Shown here: positions 16,559 through 26,354 of the stretch, one piece after another
Numbering within the stretch: the stretch's first letter is position 1
Layout of the letters: every line of letters starts with the position of its first letter
Assembly: GCA_937861125.1 (NCBI GenBank)
Contig: CALMAY010000037.1
Coordinates: 132,941 to 196,940, forward strand
Source of the DNA: an uncultured bacterium
Lineage (GTDB): Bacteria; Patescibacteriota; Patescibacteriia; Magasanikbacterales; UBA922
Length of the DNA stretch: 64,000 nucleotides
Reading direction: 5' to 3'
Notes under the pieces: generated by a model
Told to the model about the DNA's origin: nothing
Seen by the model: only the letters and a program-made list of their open reading frames with translations
Database searches by the model: none
Program-made: the position numbers and the translations under genes

Positions 16559-17633
16559 ATGTGTCAGAACGAGAGAGTGCCTCAAGAATTAATTTTGAGG
16601 CATTTTTTATTTCTTGTGGCACATACCATTGTGGAATTGTATTTATATCATTGGAAATGGTAGACGGCGTCGTGTGTTTTGCAAGGTTGTGTTGAATGGT
16701 ATAGTGTGCGTTTTCTTCCTCTTGTCCAGGAATAGGCTGATATAGAAGCATTGGTTTTTGGAGTGCAACGCACTCGCTTATAGTGCTACCACCAGGCTTG
16801 GTGACGATACATGTGGCAATACGCATATACGTATCAATAGTGTCTACCCAGCCGATGCAGTGGTATGAGATATGGTTGGGAACGATCAGACGACGTAGTT
16901 TTTTTTCGAGTGACTGGTTTTTACCACAAATGACGAATATGGTTTTTGGACTTTGATCAACAAAAAGTGCGTGGATAAGTTCTGTTGGGTCTGCTAGTCC
17001 GTGTCCACCAGTCAAAAATAATATTACAGGTCCTTGGTATGTGGGTATTTTGATGTATTTGTTTGTATTGTTGCGCTGTGTTGTATAAAAACATGGGCGT
17101 ACAGGTATTCCTGTTTCAAGGCATTGTGCAGATGGGTACAAGGATTGTATTTTTTTCTTCATTTGGTCATGTGCGATAAAATAGGTGCATATGGATGGAT
17201 GTGTCCAAAGTTTGTTTACTGTATAATCAGTGACAATGACGTGAAGCGGTGTTTGTGTGCCCAAGAGTAAATATGTGATTGCGGGATGTGTTATGATAAT
17301 GTGGTCGGGCGTGAGTGTGTGTATATGTTGTATGAGTGCTGTAATTTCTTTTTTGTACCACCAGATCCAGATGCGAAATAGCGTATGTTGTAGGAGCAAA
17401 AGAGTAAAGTAGTTGTCTGTGAGGGTATATATCATTTTCCATATACGTGGAGTTCGTGTGACAACAGTGTCGTAGGAATCAAAAAAAAGAGACTGAGCAG
17501 CTGTCTGTGTAAAAAAATCAATACAGTTTATGTGTATTGCATTATGTCCCAAGTCGTTTGCTTGTTGGCAGAATGCCTGCCCGATGAGTATGTGTCCAGA
17601 TCCGCCTGGTGCTGAGAGAATAAGTAATTTCAT
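16542..17633 (-). CDS. GT-B glycosyltransferase, MGDG-synthase/UgtP-like (GT28-like)
   Basis: N-terminus MKLLILSAPGGSGHILIGQAF plus C-terminal TKPGGSTISEC...QPIPGQEEENA resemble diacylglycerol glycosyltransferases. Confidence 0.6.
   Translation of the reverse strand: MKLLILSAPGGSGHILIGQAFCQQANDLGHNAIHINCIDFFTQTAAQSLFFDSYDTVVTRTPRIWKMIYTLTDNYFTLLLLQHTLFRIWIWWYKKEITALIQHIHTLTPDHIIITHPAITYLLLGTQTPLHVIVTDYTVNKLWTHPSICTYFIAHDQMKKKIQSLYPSAQCLETGIPVRPCFYTTQRNNTNKYIKIPTYQGPVILFLTGGHGLADPTELIHALFVDQSPKTIFVICGKNQSLEKKLRRLIVPNHISYHCIGWVDTIDTYMRIATCIVTKPGGSTISECVALQKPMLLYQPIPGQEEENAHYTIQHNLAKHTTPSTISNDINTIPQWYVPQEIKNASKLILEALSRSDTSSLLQ
16578..16608. terminator. hairpin terminator closing the pilin-like array
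   Basis: TGCCTCAA / TTGAGGCA stem followed by TTTTTT. It lies between convergent genes and overlaps the last codons of the 16542 minus-strand ORF. Confidence 0.5.
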
Positions 17634-17692
17634 ACGGTTTCAGTATAGGGGAATCTGTACAGATAATCAAGGTGTGTTATACTGTATATGTT

Positions 17693-19081
17693 ATGTATAC
17701 AACATCACTTTTTTTGTTTCATAGGGATCTGCGAATTGCTGACAATACTGGCCTCTATAGGGCACTTTCTGAGAGTCAGGTGGTTATTCCTGCCTTTATT
17801 TTTGATACACGTCAAATACAGAAAAATTCGTATAAAGGAGTGCATAGCTTAGGGTATTTGTTGCGGGCCGTAGCTGAACTACAAGAGGCCATCACTGATC
17901 GTGATGGGGTGTGTGCTATTGGGCATGGGCTGACACATGAAGTACTGGCAGAGTGGATTGATGAGGGGCGAATTGATGCGGTGTATGCCAATTATGATTA
18001 CACGCCGTTTGCGCAGCATCGAGATGCACAAATTGAACAAATGTGTCGTCAAAAAGGTATTCCATTTATTCAGACACACGATGCGCTGCTTGCCCCACCA
18101 GGGGCTGTACTCAAAGCAGATGGTACGCCATATACTATCTACACCCCTTTTTTTCGTGCTGCTTCTCGTCTGTCTGTGGCGACACCGGTGTATAAAAAAA
18201 CATTTCATTTTGCCCCTAAACTATTGAGTTCAGGTGAAACAGTAGCGAGTGTTACAAAACATGTCGGTGTGAATATGCCACCATCAACACAGACACTTCG
18301 TGCAGAAGCACTCTCTGTACTCAAACAAATGACACATTTTTCTGCATATAGTCAGAGGCGAGATGTGCCTGCAGATGACGATGGGACGACACATCTTTCA
18401 GTTCATCATAAGTTTGGTACGATTTCTATTCGTGAGACGCATGCGGCGGTGTGCCAGAGTCTTGGGGTGGATCATGCCTTGATTCGTGAGCTGTATTGGC
18501 GCGATTTTTTTACTCATATTGCCTATCATTTTCCACGTGTATTTGGTTCTTCGTTTCATGCACAGTACGATTTGCTCAAGTGGGGTGATGATCCTGCGCT
18601 ATTTCGTGCATGGTGCGAAGGGAAAACAGGATTTCCGATTGTGGATGCGGGGATGCGACAGCTCAACGAGACGGGGTATATGCACAATCGTGTTCGTATG
18701 ATTGTCGCTTCATTTTTGACCAAAGATTTGCGTATTGATTGGCGGTTGGGGGAAAAGTATTTTGCACAGAAATTATCTGACTATGATCCTGCGGTCAATA
18801 ATGGCAGTTGGCAGTGGGCAGCGTCCACTGGGTGTGATGCCCAGCCGTATTTTCGTATTTTTAATCCGTGGACACAGCAAAAAACCTATGATCCAGATTG
18901 TGAATATATTAAACGCTGGGTGCCAGAGTTACGTCAGTGTTCAGTAAAGGAAATACATGAATATGGTGCGAATCATATAGTAGTCCCAAGATATCCTAAA
19001 CCAATAGTGGATCATGACAAAGAGAGAAAAAAGACACTGGATTGGTTTTCAACAATAACACAAAAAAACATCTCCACATAA
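17693..19081 (+). CDS. phr: deoxyribodipyrimidine photolyase / cryptochrome family
   Basis: LFLFHRDLRIADNTGL, WRDFF, TGFPIVDAGMRQLNETGYMHNRVRMIVASFLTKDL and NNGSWQWAASTGCDAQPYFRIFNP. ATG 17693 is preferred over 17672. Confidence 0.9.
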   Translation: MYTTSLFLFHRDLRIADNTGLYRALSESQVVIPAFIFDTRQIQKNSYKGVHSLGYLLRAVAELQEAITDRDGVCAIGHGLTHEVLAEWIDEGRIDAVYANYDYTPFAQHRDAQIEQMCRQKGIPFIQTHDALLAPPGAVLKADGTPYTIYTPFFRAASRLSVATPVYKKTFHFAPKLLSSGETVASVTKHVGVNMPPSTQTLRAEALSVLKQMTHFSAYSQRRDVPADDDGTTHLSVHHKFGTISIRETHAAVCQSLGVDHALIRELYWRDFFTHIAYHFPRVFGSSFHAQYDLLKWGDDPALFRAWCEGKTGFPIVDAGMRQLNETGYMHNRVRMIVASFLTKDLRIDWRLGEKYFAQKLSDYDPAVNNGSWQWAASTGCDAQPYFRIFNPWTQQKTYDPDCEYIKRWVPELRQCSVKEIHEYGANHIVVPRYPKPIVDHDKERKKTLDWFSTITQKNIST

Positions 19082-19095
19082 GGAGATGTTTTGTG
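19067..19095 (+). terminator. hairpin overlapping the photolyase stop codon
   Basis: AACATCTCC / GGAGATGTT 9-bp stem followed by a T-rich run. Confidence 0.45.
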
Positions 19096-19107
19096 TAAGA
19101 TCTCAAC

Positions 19108-19183
19108 TGGGGTGACCAACGGGAATTGAACCCGTGTCCGCGGGACCACAACCCGCTGTGATAACCACTTCACTATGGCCACC
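19108..19183 (-). tRNA. tRNA-His (anticodon GUG) with encoded G-1 and CCA
   Basis: The reverse complement folds as G-1 + GTGGCCA acceptor, anticodon stem GCGGG/CCCGC with loop TTGTGGT, T arm ACGGG-TTCAATT-CCCGT, and 3' end TGGTCAC-C-CCA. Confidence 0.9.
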
Positions 19184-19232
19184 ACACTTAAGACCTTACA
19201 GGAGCCAAGTATACGGCACATTGGCCATTTTG

Positions 19233-20024
19233 TCAATATCTATATTGTGTGCGGTATATCCAAATAAAGAGAATGATACCAATACATAGTGGTACTATCT
19301 GACGGTGTCCAGCTGCTACTCCGGTCCATAGTGCGGTAGAAAAATAGAGTCCAAGTGATGCGTAGTTTGAGCTGATACGTGAGAGAGCTGGTTGTGTGTT
19401 GGTGTATCGTTTGTATAGTTCAATAAGAGATATACTTATCGCACCAGAAAATACCCACCCGAGAAAATTAGTATATGGTACATGGTAGTAGTATCCTCCA
19501 TGTATAAAAGACCAAAATCCTAGTGCAACTGCACCAGGATCCATCACGAGATCAAAGCACACAAGAAGTGCGGTACCTATGATAATATGTTGTATCGTGG
19601 TAGAGGAGGATGTGTGACTCATGACCCATGCACCAATGACGAGTGGTGGCCAAGCAAGGATGAGTGCCCATGGGGCATATCCAAAAAGAAGTCCCCCAAG
19701 TGGGTTGGTGTAGAGAAACGTGCCATAGGGAAATCCTGTATATATACCAATAGTTTCAATGCAAATACCAAATATACCAATACTCATCCACAACAGAGAT
19801 GCTTTTTTGAATCCAAACATGGCTTTTAGCCCTATATATGCTGGGAACGCGAGAAAAAGAAGTGACAGGACAGAAATAGGCGAGTGAAGCACTTCATGTG
19901 GTTGCCATGTCATGTTGTATCCAACAAACAGACAGACAGCTGCAATGCTCCATAGGTATCTCTTTTTGATGTGTGGTATACTGTGCATATATGTTGATGT
20001 CTTTTGTACGTGCTTCTCGTCCAC
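19233..20024 (-). CDS. carotenoid biosynthesis membrane protein, CruF-like (carotenoid hydratase family)
   Basis: Polytopic protein. IETIGIYTGFPYGTFLY and DLVMDPGAVALGFWSF resemble the CruF / carotenoid-biosynthesis-protein family. The start is uncertain (ATG 19988 is an alternative). Confidence 0.6.
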   Translation of the reverse strand: MDEKHVQKTSTYMHSIPHIKKRYLWSIAAVCLFVGYNMTWQPHEVLHSPISVLSLLFLAFPAYIGLKAMFGFKKASLLWMSIGIFGICIETIGIYTGFPYGTFLYTNPLGGLLFGYAPWALILAWPPLVIGAWVMSHTSSSTTIQHIIIGTALLVCFDLVMDPGAVALGFWSFIHGGYYYHVPYTNFLGWVFSGAISISLIELYKRYTNTQPALSRISSNYASLGLYFSTALWTGVAAGHRQIVPLCIGIILFIWIYRTQYRY

Positions 20025-20827
20025 GGTTTTGGATGTATATTGTCGGTCCTATTGGTCTTGCGTTTGCGTTGCGACTAACTCAGGGAGACTTGAGTTGGTC
20101 AATTTCGCTTTTTTTATTTACCCTCTATTGTATCATACCTGCCAATCTATTGATCTATGGTATCAATGATATTTTTGATTATGAGACCGATATTCTCAAT
20201 CAGAAAAAACAGGGTTATGAAGCAGTACTTGACCCGACCTATCGACCACGAATGTGGCAAGCAGTTCTCATATCGCAATTGGTTGTTCTGCCTGTGCTAT
20301 ATGCTGCGTGGGGACAAACACCATTTTTATTCGCATTTTTAGCATTTGTATGTACGGGTATTTTTTATTCAGCACCACCAATTCGTGCCAAGGTTCGTCC
20401 GATATTTGATGGGTTGTGTAATGTACTCTATATTCTCCCTGCGTTTGCTTGGTACTACCTTTCTGGCGGTGAGGGATTTTCTCTTGTTACCCTTCTCTCT
20501 GGTTGGGCATGGTGTATCGCGATGCACGCATACTCTGCTATTTCTGACATTAGTGCCGATCGTGCTGCTGGTTTAGATACGGTTGCCACGTTGCTTGGGC
20601 ATAGATATACTGTCATCTATTGTGCGGTACTCTATGGTGCTTCAGCTCTGGGTGCTGCACTAGTACTTCATCCAATTCTCGCTATCTTGGGCGTACCGTA
20701 TGTGTGGATGATGATGCGAACGTATGTTGCCACAGAATCTCAATCATTTTTGTATTACCGACAGTTTCCTCTCATCAATGCGTGTGTGGGTGCGATTCTT
20801 TGGTGGAGTATTATTTGGTTTCTGTAA
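19973..20827 (+). CDS. UbiA-family prenyltransferase (lycopene-elongase-like by context)
   Basis: SRPRFWMYIVGP, NDIFDYETD (Asp-rich motif 1) and ISDISADRAAG (motif 2), with about 8 TM helices. The start is probably 19991 or 19997. Confidence 0.65.
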   Translation: MVYCAYMLMSFVRASRPRFWMYIVGPIGLAFALRLTQGDLSWSISLFLFTLYCIIPANLLIYGINDIFDYETDILNQKKQGYEAVLDPTYRPRMWQAVLISQLVVLPVLYAAWGQTPFLFAFLAFVCTGIFYSAPPIRAKVRPIFDGLCNVLYILPAFAWYYLSGGEGFSLVTLLSGWAWCIAMHAYSAISDISADRAAGLDTVATLLGHRYTVIYCAVLYGASALGAALVLHPILAILGVPYVWMMMRTYVATESQSFLYYRQFPLINACVGAILWWSIIWFL

Positions 20828-22370
20828 TTGGGGTGGGGAGTGGATGTCCTGTATGTTCTCCAATCAGCCGTTTGTACACGAGTTCTGCTGAGATGAGACA
20901 GATTGGTACACCAATTCCTGGGTTGGTGTTTCCTCCTACATAATACAAATTGTCAATTTTTTTTGAAATGGTATCAGGACGGAAACAGGCAGTCTGACGC
21001 ATGGTGTGCGCGAGCCCTAATGCTGTACCACCGAGACTGTTATATCGACTCTCAAAATCTTTGACGCAGAATAATTTTTTGGTAATAATTCTCTCTTTGA
21101 GATTTGGGATGTCCATGTGCGTTGTGATGAGTTCTAGATACTGATCTGTTTTTGCGTCTAACTCTGCCTCTGTGTATGTGAGGTTTGCTGCAATAGGTAC
21201 GAGGACAAAGAGATTTTCATGTCCTTTTGGCGCAACAGATGGATCCGTTTTTGATGGTACACAGACGTAGAGTGATGGATCAGATGGCCATAGTGGTGTG
21301 TCAAAAATTTCTGCAAATCCTTTTTTCCAATCCTTGGCAAAGAGGAGGTTGTGATGTGAGAGGCTCGGTACTTCCCCCTCAACACCTAGATACATGATCA
21401 GTGCTGATGGAGCGAGCACACGTGTGTTCCAATATTCTTCACTGTAACTTCGATCAGCTTCTGTGAGAAGTTTCATCTCGGTGTGATGAATATCACCGTT
21501 TGATACAACAATATCTGCAGTGTGTAATTCGCCATTTTCTAGTGTAATACCAGTCGCGTGACCGTTCATTGTCTGTACTTGTGAGACAGGAGTGTTTACA
21601 TGATAGACTACGCCGTGTTTTTTTCCGATGTTTACGAGCGCTTGTACAATTTCATTCATTCCACCCTGCGGATAAAATACACCACCATTAAAATCGACAT
21701 GGGTCATGATGTTGTAGAGTGCTGGGGTGTTGTATGGTGAACTGCCCAAAAAGACGAGAGTGTATTGCATGATTTTTTTGATCGCGTCATGCGTAAAGAA
21801 GCGTGAGACGTAGCTATTCATCTTGGTAAATACTGAGAGCTTTGATCCTTCTTTGGCCATTTCCCATGTGAGGAAATCAAAAACAGACGAATAGTTTTTG
21901 TACATGAATCGATCTGTGGCAACACCGTATTGATACTCTGATCGTTTCAGATAGTCACGAAATTTTTCTCCTGCACCGGGTTCTATTTTGTCCAATGTTG
22001 CAACCGTTTTTTCAATATCCGCATACATGTCGATGATAGAGGTGCTCCCATCAGGAGTCGTCTGCATGTTTGGAATCACTTCATCCTTAAAAAAGATACG
22101 ATATGATGGTGCAAGAGGAATTAAGTTGAGATGATTTTCTACTTTTTCTCCAATGAGCGCAAAAAAGTGCTCAAAGACATCAGGCATGAGATACCATGAT
22201 GGCCCCATATCAAACCGAAATCCATCCTGTTCAATAACGCTGAGGCGTCCACCGAGCTGTTCGTTTTTTTCAAATACCTCTACACTATATCCAGCTTTTC
22301 CGAGAATACATGCAGTGGCGAGTCCTCCGATACCAGATCCGATGATAATAACTTTTTTCTGTGCTGTCAT
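20811..22370 (-). CDS. crtI: phytoene desaturase family (CrtI/CrtD-type FAD oxidoreductase)
   Basis: KKVIIIGSGIGGLATACILGKAGYSVEVFEKNEQLGGR dinucleotide fold plus C-terminal YYVGGNTNPGIGVP. Confidence 0.8.
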   Translation of the reverse strand: MTAQKKVIIIGSGIGGLATACILGKAGYSVEVFEKNEQLGGRLSVIEQDGFRFDMGPSWYLMPDVFEHFFALIGEKVENHLNLIPLAPSYRIFFKDEVIPNMQTTPDGSTSIIDMYADIEKTVATLDKIEPGAGEKFRDYLKRSEYQYGVATDRFMYKNYSSVFDFLTWEMAKEGSKLSVFTKMNSYVSRFFTHDAIKKIMQYTLVFLGSSPYNTPALYNIMTHVDFNGGVFYPQGGMNEIVQALVNIGKKHGVVYHVNTPVSQVQTMNGHATGITLENGELHTADIVVSNGDIHHTEMKLLTEADRSYSEEYWNTRVLAPSALIMYLGVEGEVPSLSHHNLLFAKDWKKGFAEIFDTPLWPSDPSLYVCVPSKTDPSVAPKGHENLFVLVPIAANLTYTEAELDAKTDQYLELITTHMDIPNLKERIITKKLFCVKDFESRYNSLGGTALGLAHTMRQTACFRPDTISKKIDNLYYVGGNTNPGIGVPICLISAELVYKRLIGEHTGHPLPTPITETK

Positions 22371-22382
22371 AGATATAGATAA

Positions 22383-23264
22383 TTATGTGGTGGAGATCTT
22401 TTTGTATGTTGGGTATGTCTTTACTACGAGCCACAATTTTTTCCAACCACTCACACGAACACGCTGCGAAAAAATATCATAGTTCGCATGTTCTATCTCA
22501 GTGAGAATCTCACTATAGAGGATTCGTGCGACCCAGACTGCAAATCGTCCGTGTGGATGGAGGAGTGGAATTCCTTTTTCACTTTCTGTGTATAGTGAGC
22601 GAGCGCGATCGATTTCATATTTCATCACTGATACAAATTGTGGTGTCACTTTTTTTTGTTTGATTGTTTGTTCTGTGACACCAAATTTCTCCATATCTTC
22701 TGCTGGAAGGTAGATGCGGTTTCGGGTAATGTAATCGTCTGAGATATCGCGGAGAAAATTGGTGAGTTGCATTGCCTCTCCGAGTGCTTTGGCATACGGC
22801 AGTGCCTTGCTATCTGAGAATTCGATGATGTAACTCATCATGAGTCCGACAACTGCAGCAGAGCCATACATATAGTACTCTAGCTCTCTATAATTCTGAT
22901 ATCGACTGACAGTGATGTCTGCTTTCATTGCAGTGAGAAACGATTCACTGTATTCGTATGGAATATGGTAGGTACCAAAAATATGTTTTGTAGCACGAAG
23001 TACTGGGTTGGTTGTTTCAGTCCCATGATACACACGACGCCATTCATCTATCCAGCTATCAAGTGCTGTTGTAATCTCCTCTGGCTTTGTATACGTAGGG
23101 TTGTCAACGATCTCATCGGGAACGCGAAAAAAAGCATAGAGAATCCAGGTCGCTTCGCGAAGATGTTTGGGAAAAAAGCGTGTGGCAAAGTAATAACTTT
23201 TGCCATGAAATTTGTGGAGTGCTCTGCAGTGTGCAATATCTGTCGTGTATTGTGGGTACGACAT
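22383..23264 (-). CDS. crtB: phytoene/squalene synthase family
   Basis: SYYFATRFFP, LYAFFRVPDEIVD and NFLRDISDDY Asp-rich motifs. Confidence 0.8.
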   Translation of the reverse strand: MSYPQYTTDIAHCRALHKFHGKSYYFATRFFPKHLREATWILYAFFRVPDEIVDNPTYTKPEEITTALDSWIDEWRRVYHGTETTNPVLRATKHIFGTYHIPYEYSESFLTAMKADITVSRYQNYRELEYYMYGSAAVVGLMMSYIIEFSDSKALPYAKALGEAMQLTNFLRDISDDYITRNRIYLPAEDMEKFGVTEQTIKQKKVTPQFVSVMKYEIDRARSLYTESEKGIPLLHPHGRFAVWVARILYSEILTEIEHANYDIFSQRVRVSGWKKLWLVVKTYPTYKKISTT

Positions 23265-23270
23265 AGTGTG

Positions 23271-24326
23271 TTACTGAATACGAACAATGATACGGTTGAG
23301 AAGATCACCAAAGAGTTGTTTTGCTTCATCTGTAAGTGTGCTTTGAGCAAGTATCGTCTGTGCATCTATGTAGGCACGTTCCATCCGTGTTTGTGTGTCT
23401 GCTGTCGCGCCAATAGAAATGAGGTATTCACGTACTTGATTTGCTTCATCTAGTGTCAGGGTTTTGCCCCACAGTGTTGAGAGAGTGGTTTCTCCTGTCT
23501 TTGCTTCGTGTGCAAACGCGTATTCGGTGATGTGGGTTCGTTCTTTATTTTGTATTTGCATGAGTGTTGGTTTCTCTAAGTTTTTGTCTACTCCAACAAT
23601 ATCGAGGAGGTCATCCTGGTACTGATATCCAAGTCCCAGTCCCGTGCCAAATGAAATACAAAATGTGTCAGCAAGTGTGGTATTACCTCCAGCGAGCGCA
23701 CCCATACGTAGTGGACGAATGGCACTATAACTTGCTGTTTTGAGATACAGTTTTTCATACAGTCGTTCTTTTGTTGCGCTCTCTCTTACCATGAGGTCTA
23801 CATCAATCATCTCTCCTGCGACTACCTCTGTCACCATGGACTGGAAATTACTCCAGATAAGAGTATTTGTTTGTGATTGTGTTTGGAGAAATCGAAACAG
23901 GCACTCAAATGCATGTGCCAGGATAAGGTCGCCGATAAGCATTGCTTGGCCATTGCTGATGTGTGTCGTGTGTGCTTCGTTTCCATCAAGTGTTTCTTTT
24001 ATGATATTGTGAATTGTCGGAGTGTTGTGACGAGTTACTGCTTCGTCAATGATATCATCATGAATCAGTGCAAATGCATGAAATAGTTCAATGGCAATAA
24101 ACAAATCTATACATGTTTCTTTCTCTCTCCCGTGTGCAGCAGTATAACCCAAAAAACAGAGGTATGCTCTGGTTCGTTTTCCTTTGGTTGCAAAAATGTT
24201 TCGTACATGAGCGCAACTTTCTCGTACAAATACATCTTTGGTGCTTGCTTGTACTCGTGTATCAATGCGATCGAATTCTTTTTCAATGTAGGGGTCAAGC
24301 CACGATTTAAATGTATCAAGCGTCAT
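23271..24326 (-). CDS. polyprenyl (geranylgeranyl) diphosphate synthase
   Basis: FARM LIHDDIIDE and SARM YQYQDDLLD. The start is trimmed to ATG 24326 because the longer ORF reads through the terminator palindrome at 24338-24367. Confidence 0.8.
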   Translation of the reverse strand: MTLDTFKSWLDPYIEKEFDRIDTRVQASTKDVFVRESCAHVRNIFATKGKRTRAYLCFLGYTAAHGREKETCIDLFIAIELFHAFALIHDDIIDEAVTRHNTPTIHNIIKETLDGNEAHTTHISNGQAMLIGDLILAHAFECLFRFLQTQSQTNTLIWSNFQSMVTEVVAGEMIDVDLMVRESATKERLYEKLYLKTASYSAIRPLRMGALAGGNTTLADTFCISFGTGLGLGYQYQDDLLDIVGVDKNLEKPTLMQIQNKERTHITEYAFAHEAKTGETTLSTLWGKTLTLDEANQVREYLISIGATADTQTRMERAYIDAQTILAQSTLTDEAKQLFGDLLNRIIVRIQ

Positions 24327-24337
24327 ATGTGTTATAT

Positions 24338-24367
24338 AAAAAAACGGGAGGCGCCTCCCGTTTTTTG
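24338..24367. terminator. bidirectional palindromic terminator
   Basis: AAAAACGGGAGGC|GCCTCCCGTTTTT is a perfect palindrome flanked by A and T runs, directly downstream of the SPFH gene stop. Confidence 0.7.
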
Positions 24368-24418
24368 TTGGTACATCGCAGAAATATCGTACCAAAAAGA
24401 TGTCTCTTTGTAAAGCGA

Positions 24419-25183
24419 TTATTCACCTTTTTTCCCTTCAAATGCACGGAGCACTTCGAGTGGTACAGCAAAGACAACTGTGTTTGATTGGTCAGAGCTA
24501 ATATCGTTGATCGAGTTGAGTGTGCGAAGGTGGAGTGCGCCTGGAGCAGCATTGAGAATGGCTGCTGCTTTGGCGAGGTTTTCCGCTGCTACCACCTCAC
24601 CACTGGATTCAATGATTACTGCACGGCGTTGACGCTCTGCTTCAGCTTGTTTGGCGATTACACGCTGCATATCGTCTGGGAGGATCACATCTTTGAGTTC
24701 TACTGTTGAGACTTCCACACCCCATGATTGTGCTGTTTTCTCAACAATTTCACGAATACGACGAGCGGTTTGTTCGCGATTACTGAGAAGTTCATCCAAC
24801 TCAAGTTCACCAACGACGTTGCGCATGGTGGTCTGTGCGAGCTGAGAGACTGCAACCCAGAAGTTTTCCACCTCAAGTGTAGCTTTGGCGACATCAACGA
24901 CGCGGTAGTAGATGACCGCATTGATTTTCGCAGAGACATTGTCACGGGTAATGGCTTCCTGGAGTGGGACGTCAACCGCTTTGACGCGAGTGTCTACCTT
25001 GGTCATGCCTTGGATAATAGGCAGAACAATGCGCCAGCCTGGCTCGACTGTTTTGTAGTATTTTCCGAGGAAAAACTTAACCCCACGTTCGTACTGGTTG
25101 ACCTGACGAATAGAGATAAGTAAGAGGAGTCCGCCCCAAAAGAGGATGTTTGAGGTGAGGAAAAAGAAAAATGCTTCGAACAT
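24419..25183 (-). CDS. SPFH/band-7 (stomatin/slipin-like) membrane protein
   Basis: N-terminal TM helix, then VNQYERGVKFFLGKY...VDTRV...ITRDNV...AEAERQRRA. Confidence 0.85.
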   Translation of the reverse strand: MFEAFFFFLTSNILFWGGLLLLISIRQVNQYERGVKFFLGKYYKTVEPGWRIVLPIIQGMTKVDTRVKAVDVPLQEAITRDNVSAKINAVIYYRVVDVAKATLEVENFWVAVSQLAQTTMRNVVGELELDELLSNREQTARRIREIVEKTAQSWGVEVSTVELKDVILPDDMQRVIAKQAEAERQRRAVIIESSGEVVAAENLAKAAAILNAAPGALHLRTLNSINDISSDQSNTVVFAVPLEVLRAFEGKKGE

Positions 25184-25227
25184 ACTATGATAATATGTAA
25201 TAAATAAAGCGTGTTTGATAGGTAGTG

Positions 25228-25299
25228 TGCCCCCGCGTGGGATCGAACCACGATCTAAAGTTTAGAAAACTCCCGTTCTATCCATTGAACTACGGGGAC
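25228..25299 (-). tRNA. tRNA-Arg (anticodon UCU)
   Basis: The reverse complement folds as acceptor GTCCCCG/CGGGGGC, D arm GTTC-AATGGATA-GAAC, anticodon stem GGAGT/ACTTT with loop TTTCTAA, and T arm CGTGG-TTCGATC-CCACG. No CCA is encoded. Confidence 0.85.
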
Positions 25300-25337
25300 A
25301 TGGATATGCACTATACTAAGCCAAAACAGCGGTTTCG

Positions 25338-26354
25338 TCAATCTTTTTTGCGGTCTTTCCCATGAAAATTCTTGTGAATATTGCGGAGTTGGGAATCAGT
25401 CACATGGGTATAGATTTGGGTGGTAGTGATGGAGGAGTGGCCGAGCATGGTCTGAACACTGCGAATATCAGCCCCGTTGCGGAGGAGATCAGTTGCAAAG
25501 CTATGTCGCAGGGTGTGTGGACTGACGTGTTTGGTGATACCGGCCATCTTGGCGTACCCTTGGACGATGCGCTGGATAGAGCGAGGGGTGAGTGGGCTGT
25601 ATTCAAAATCTTTTCCACCCTTTTTCTCTTTCTTTTTTGAAATCTCATCGTGCGAGATAAAGAGGTTTGGGTTGAGATCTCCTCTGAGTTTGGTATACTC
25701 TGCAATCCAGTATTTGGACGAGTCAGAGAGAAAGACGACGCGTGTTTTCTTGCCTTTTCCACGTACAGTGAATTCATCTCGTTTGATATTTATATCCTCT
25801 TTTTCCAAATTTGCTAACTCTGAGACACGAAGTCCGGTTGAGAAAAAAAGCTCAAGAATCGCCTTGTCGCGATATGCAATTAAACGACTTTTTGTGGCTC
25901 GTTTTTGGTCGGCTACTTCGTTGGTATTCTTTTTTTTACTACTTGTCCCTTGCTCTTTAAGTTTGGCGAGAGGTGCCTCGAGTATTCGGTCTAGATCGCC
26001 GCTGTCAAGAAAACTCACCTCTCGATCAGGCATCTTCATGAGTTCAATTTTTTCTGGAGCAAGTGTGTCTACATCCCGTTTGGCAAGGTATTTCAAAAAA
26101 GACCGCAATGCAATGAGGTGGTAGTTTTGTGTATTCTTTTTGAGTGGTTCTCCATGGACATCGACGAGTCGGTTGAGCCATAGACGGTAGTTTCGCACCA
26201 TGTCATAGGTGATTTCAGTCGGTTTGACATCTTTGCACCAGTCGACAAAGCGATGGAGATAGAAATCGTAGTTGATGAGTGTATTGCGACTACGGTTTTT
26301 TTCGATCTCGAGGTGTTCGAGGTACTCCTTTAAATATATGGATAGTTTATTCAT
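25338..26354 (-). CDS. tyrosine recombinase, XerC/XerD family
   Basis: N-terminal SAM-like YLEHLEIEKNRSRNTLINYDFYL and catalytic HTLRHSFATDLLRNGADIRSVQTMLGHSSITTTQIYTHV. A K-rich insertion is present. ATG 26354 is preferred. Confidence 0.8.
   Translation of the reverse strand: MNKLSIYLKEYLEHLEIEKNRSRNTLINYDFYLHRFVDWCKDVKPTEITYDMVRNYRLWLNRLVDVHGEPLKKNTQNYHLIALRSFLKYLAKRDVDTLAPEKIELMKMPDREVSFLDSGDLDRILEAPLAKLKEQGTSSKKKNTNEVADQKRATKSRLIAYRDKAILELFFSTGLRVSELANLEKEDINIKRDEFTVRGKGKKTRVVFLSDSSKYWIAEYTKLRGDLNPNLFISHDEISKKKEKKGGKDFEYSPLTPRSIQRIVQGYAKMAGITKHVSPHTLRHSFATDLLRNGADIRSVQTMLGHSSITTTQIYTHVTDSQLRNIHKNFHGKDRKKD

Noticed and set aside
25477-26124. 215-aa + strand ORF inside the recombinase gene
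   Set aside because: It is antisense to a gene with unmistakable tyrosine-recombinase motifs. The translation is low-complexity and S/R-rich.
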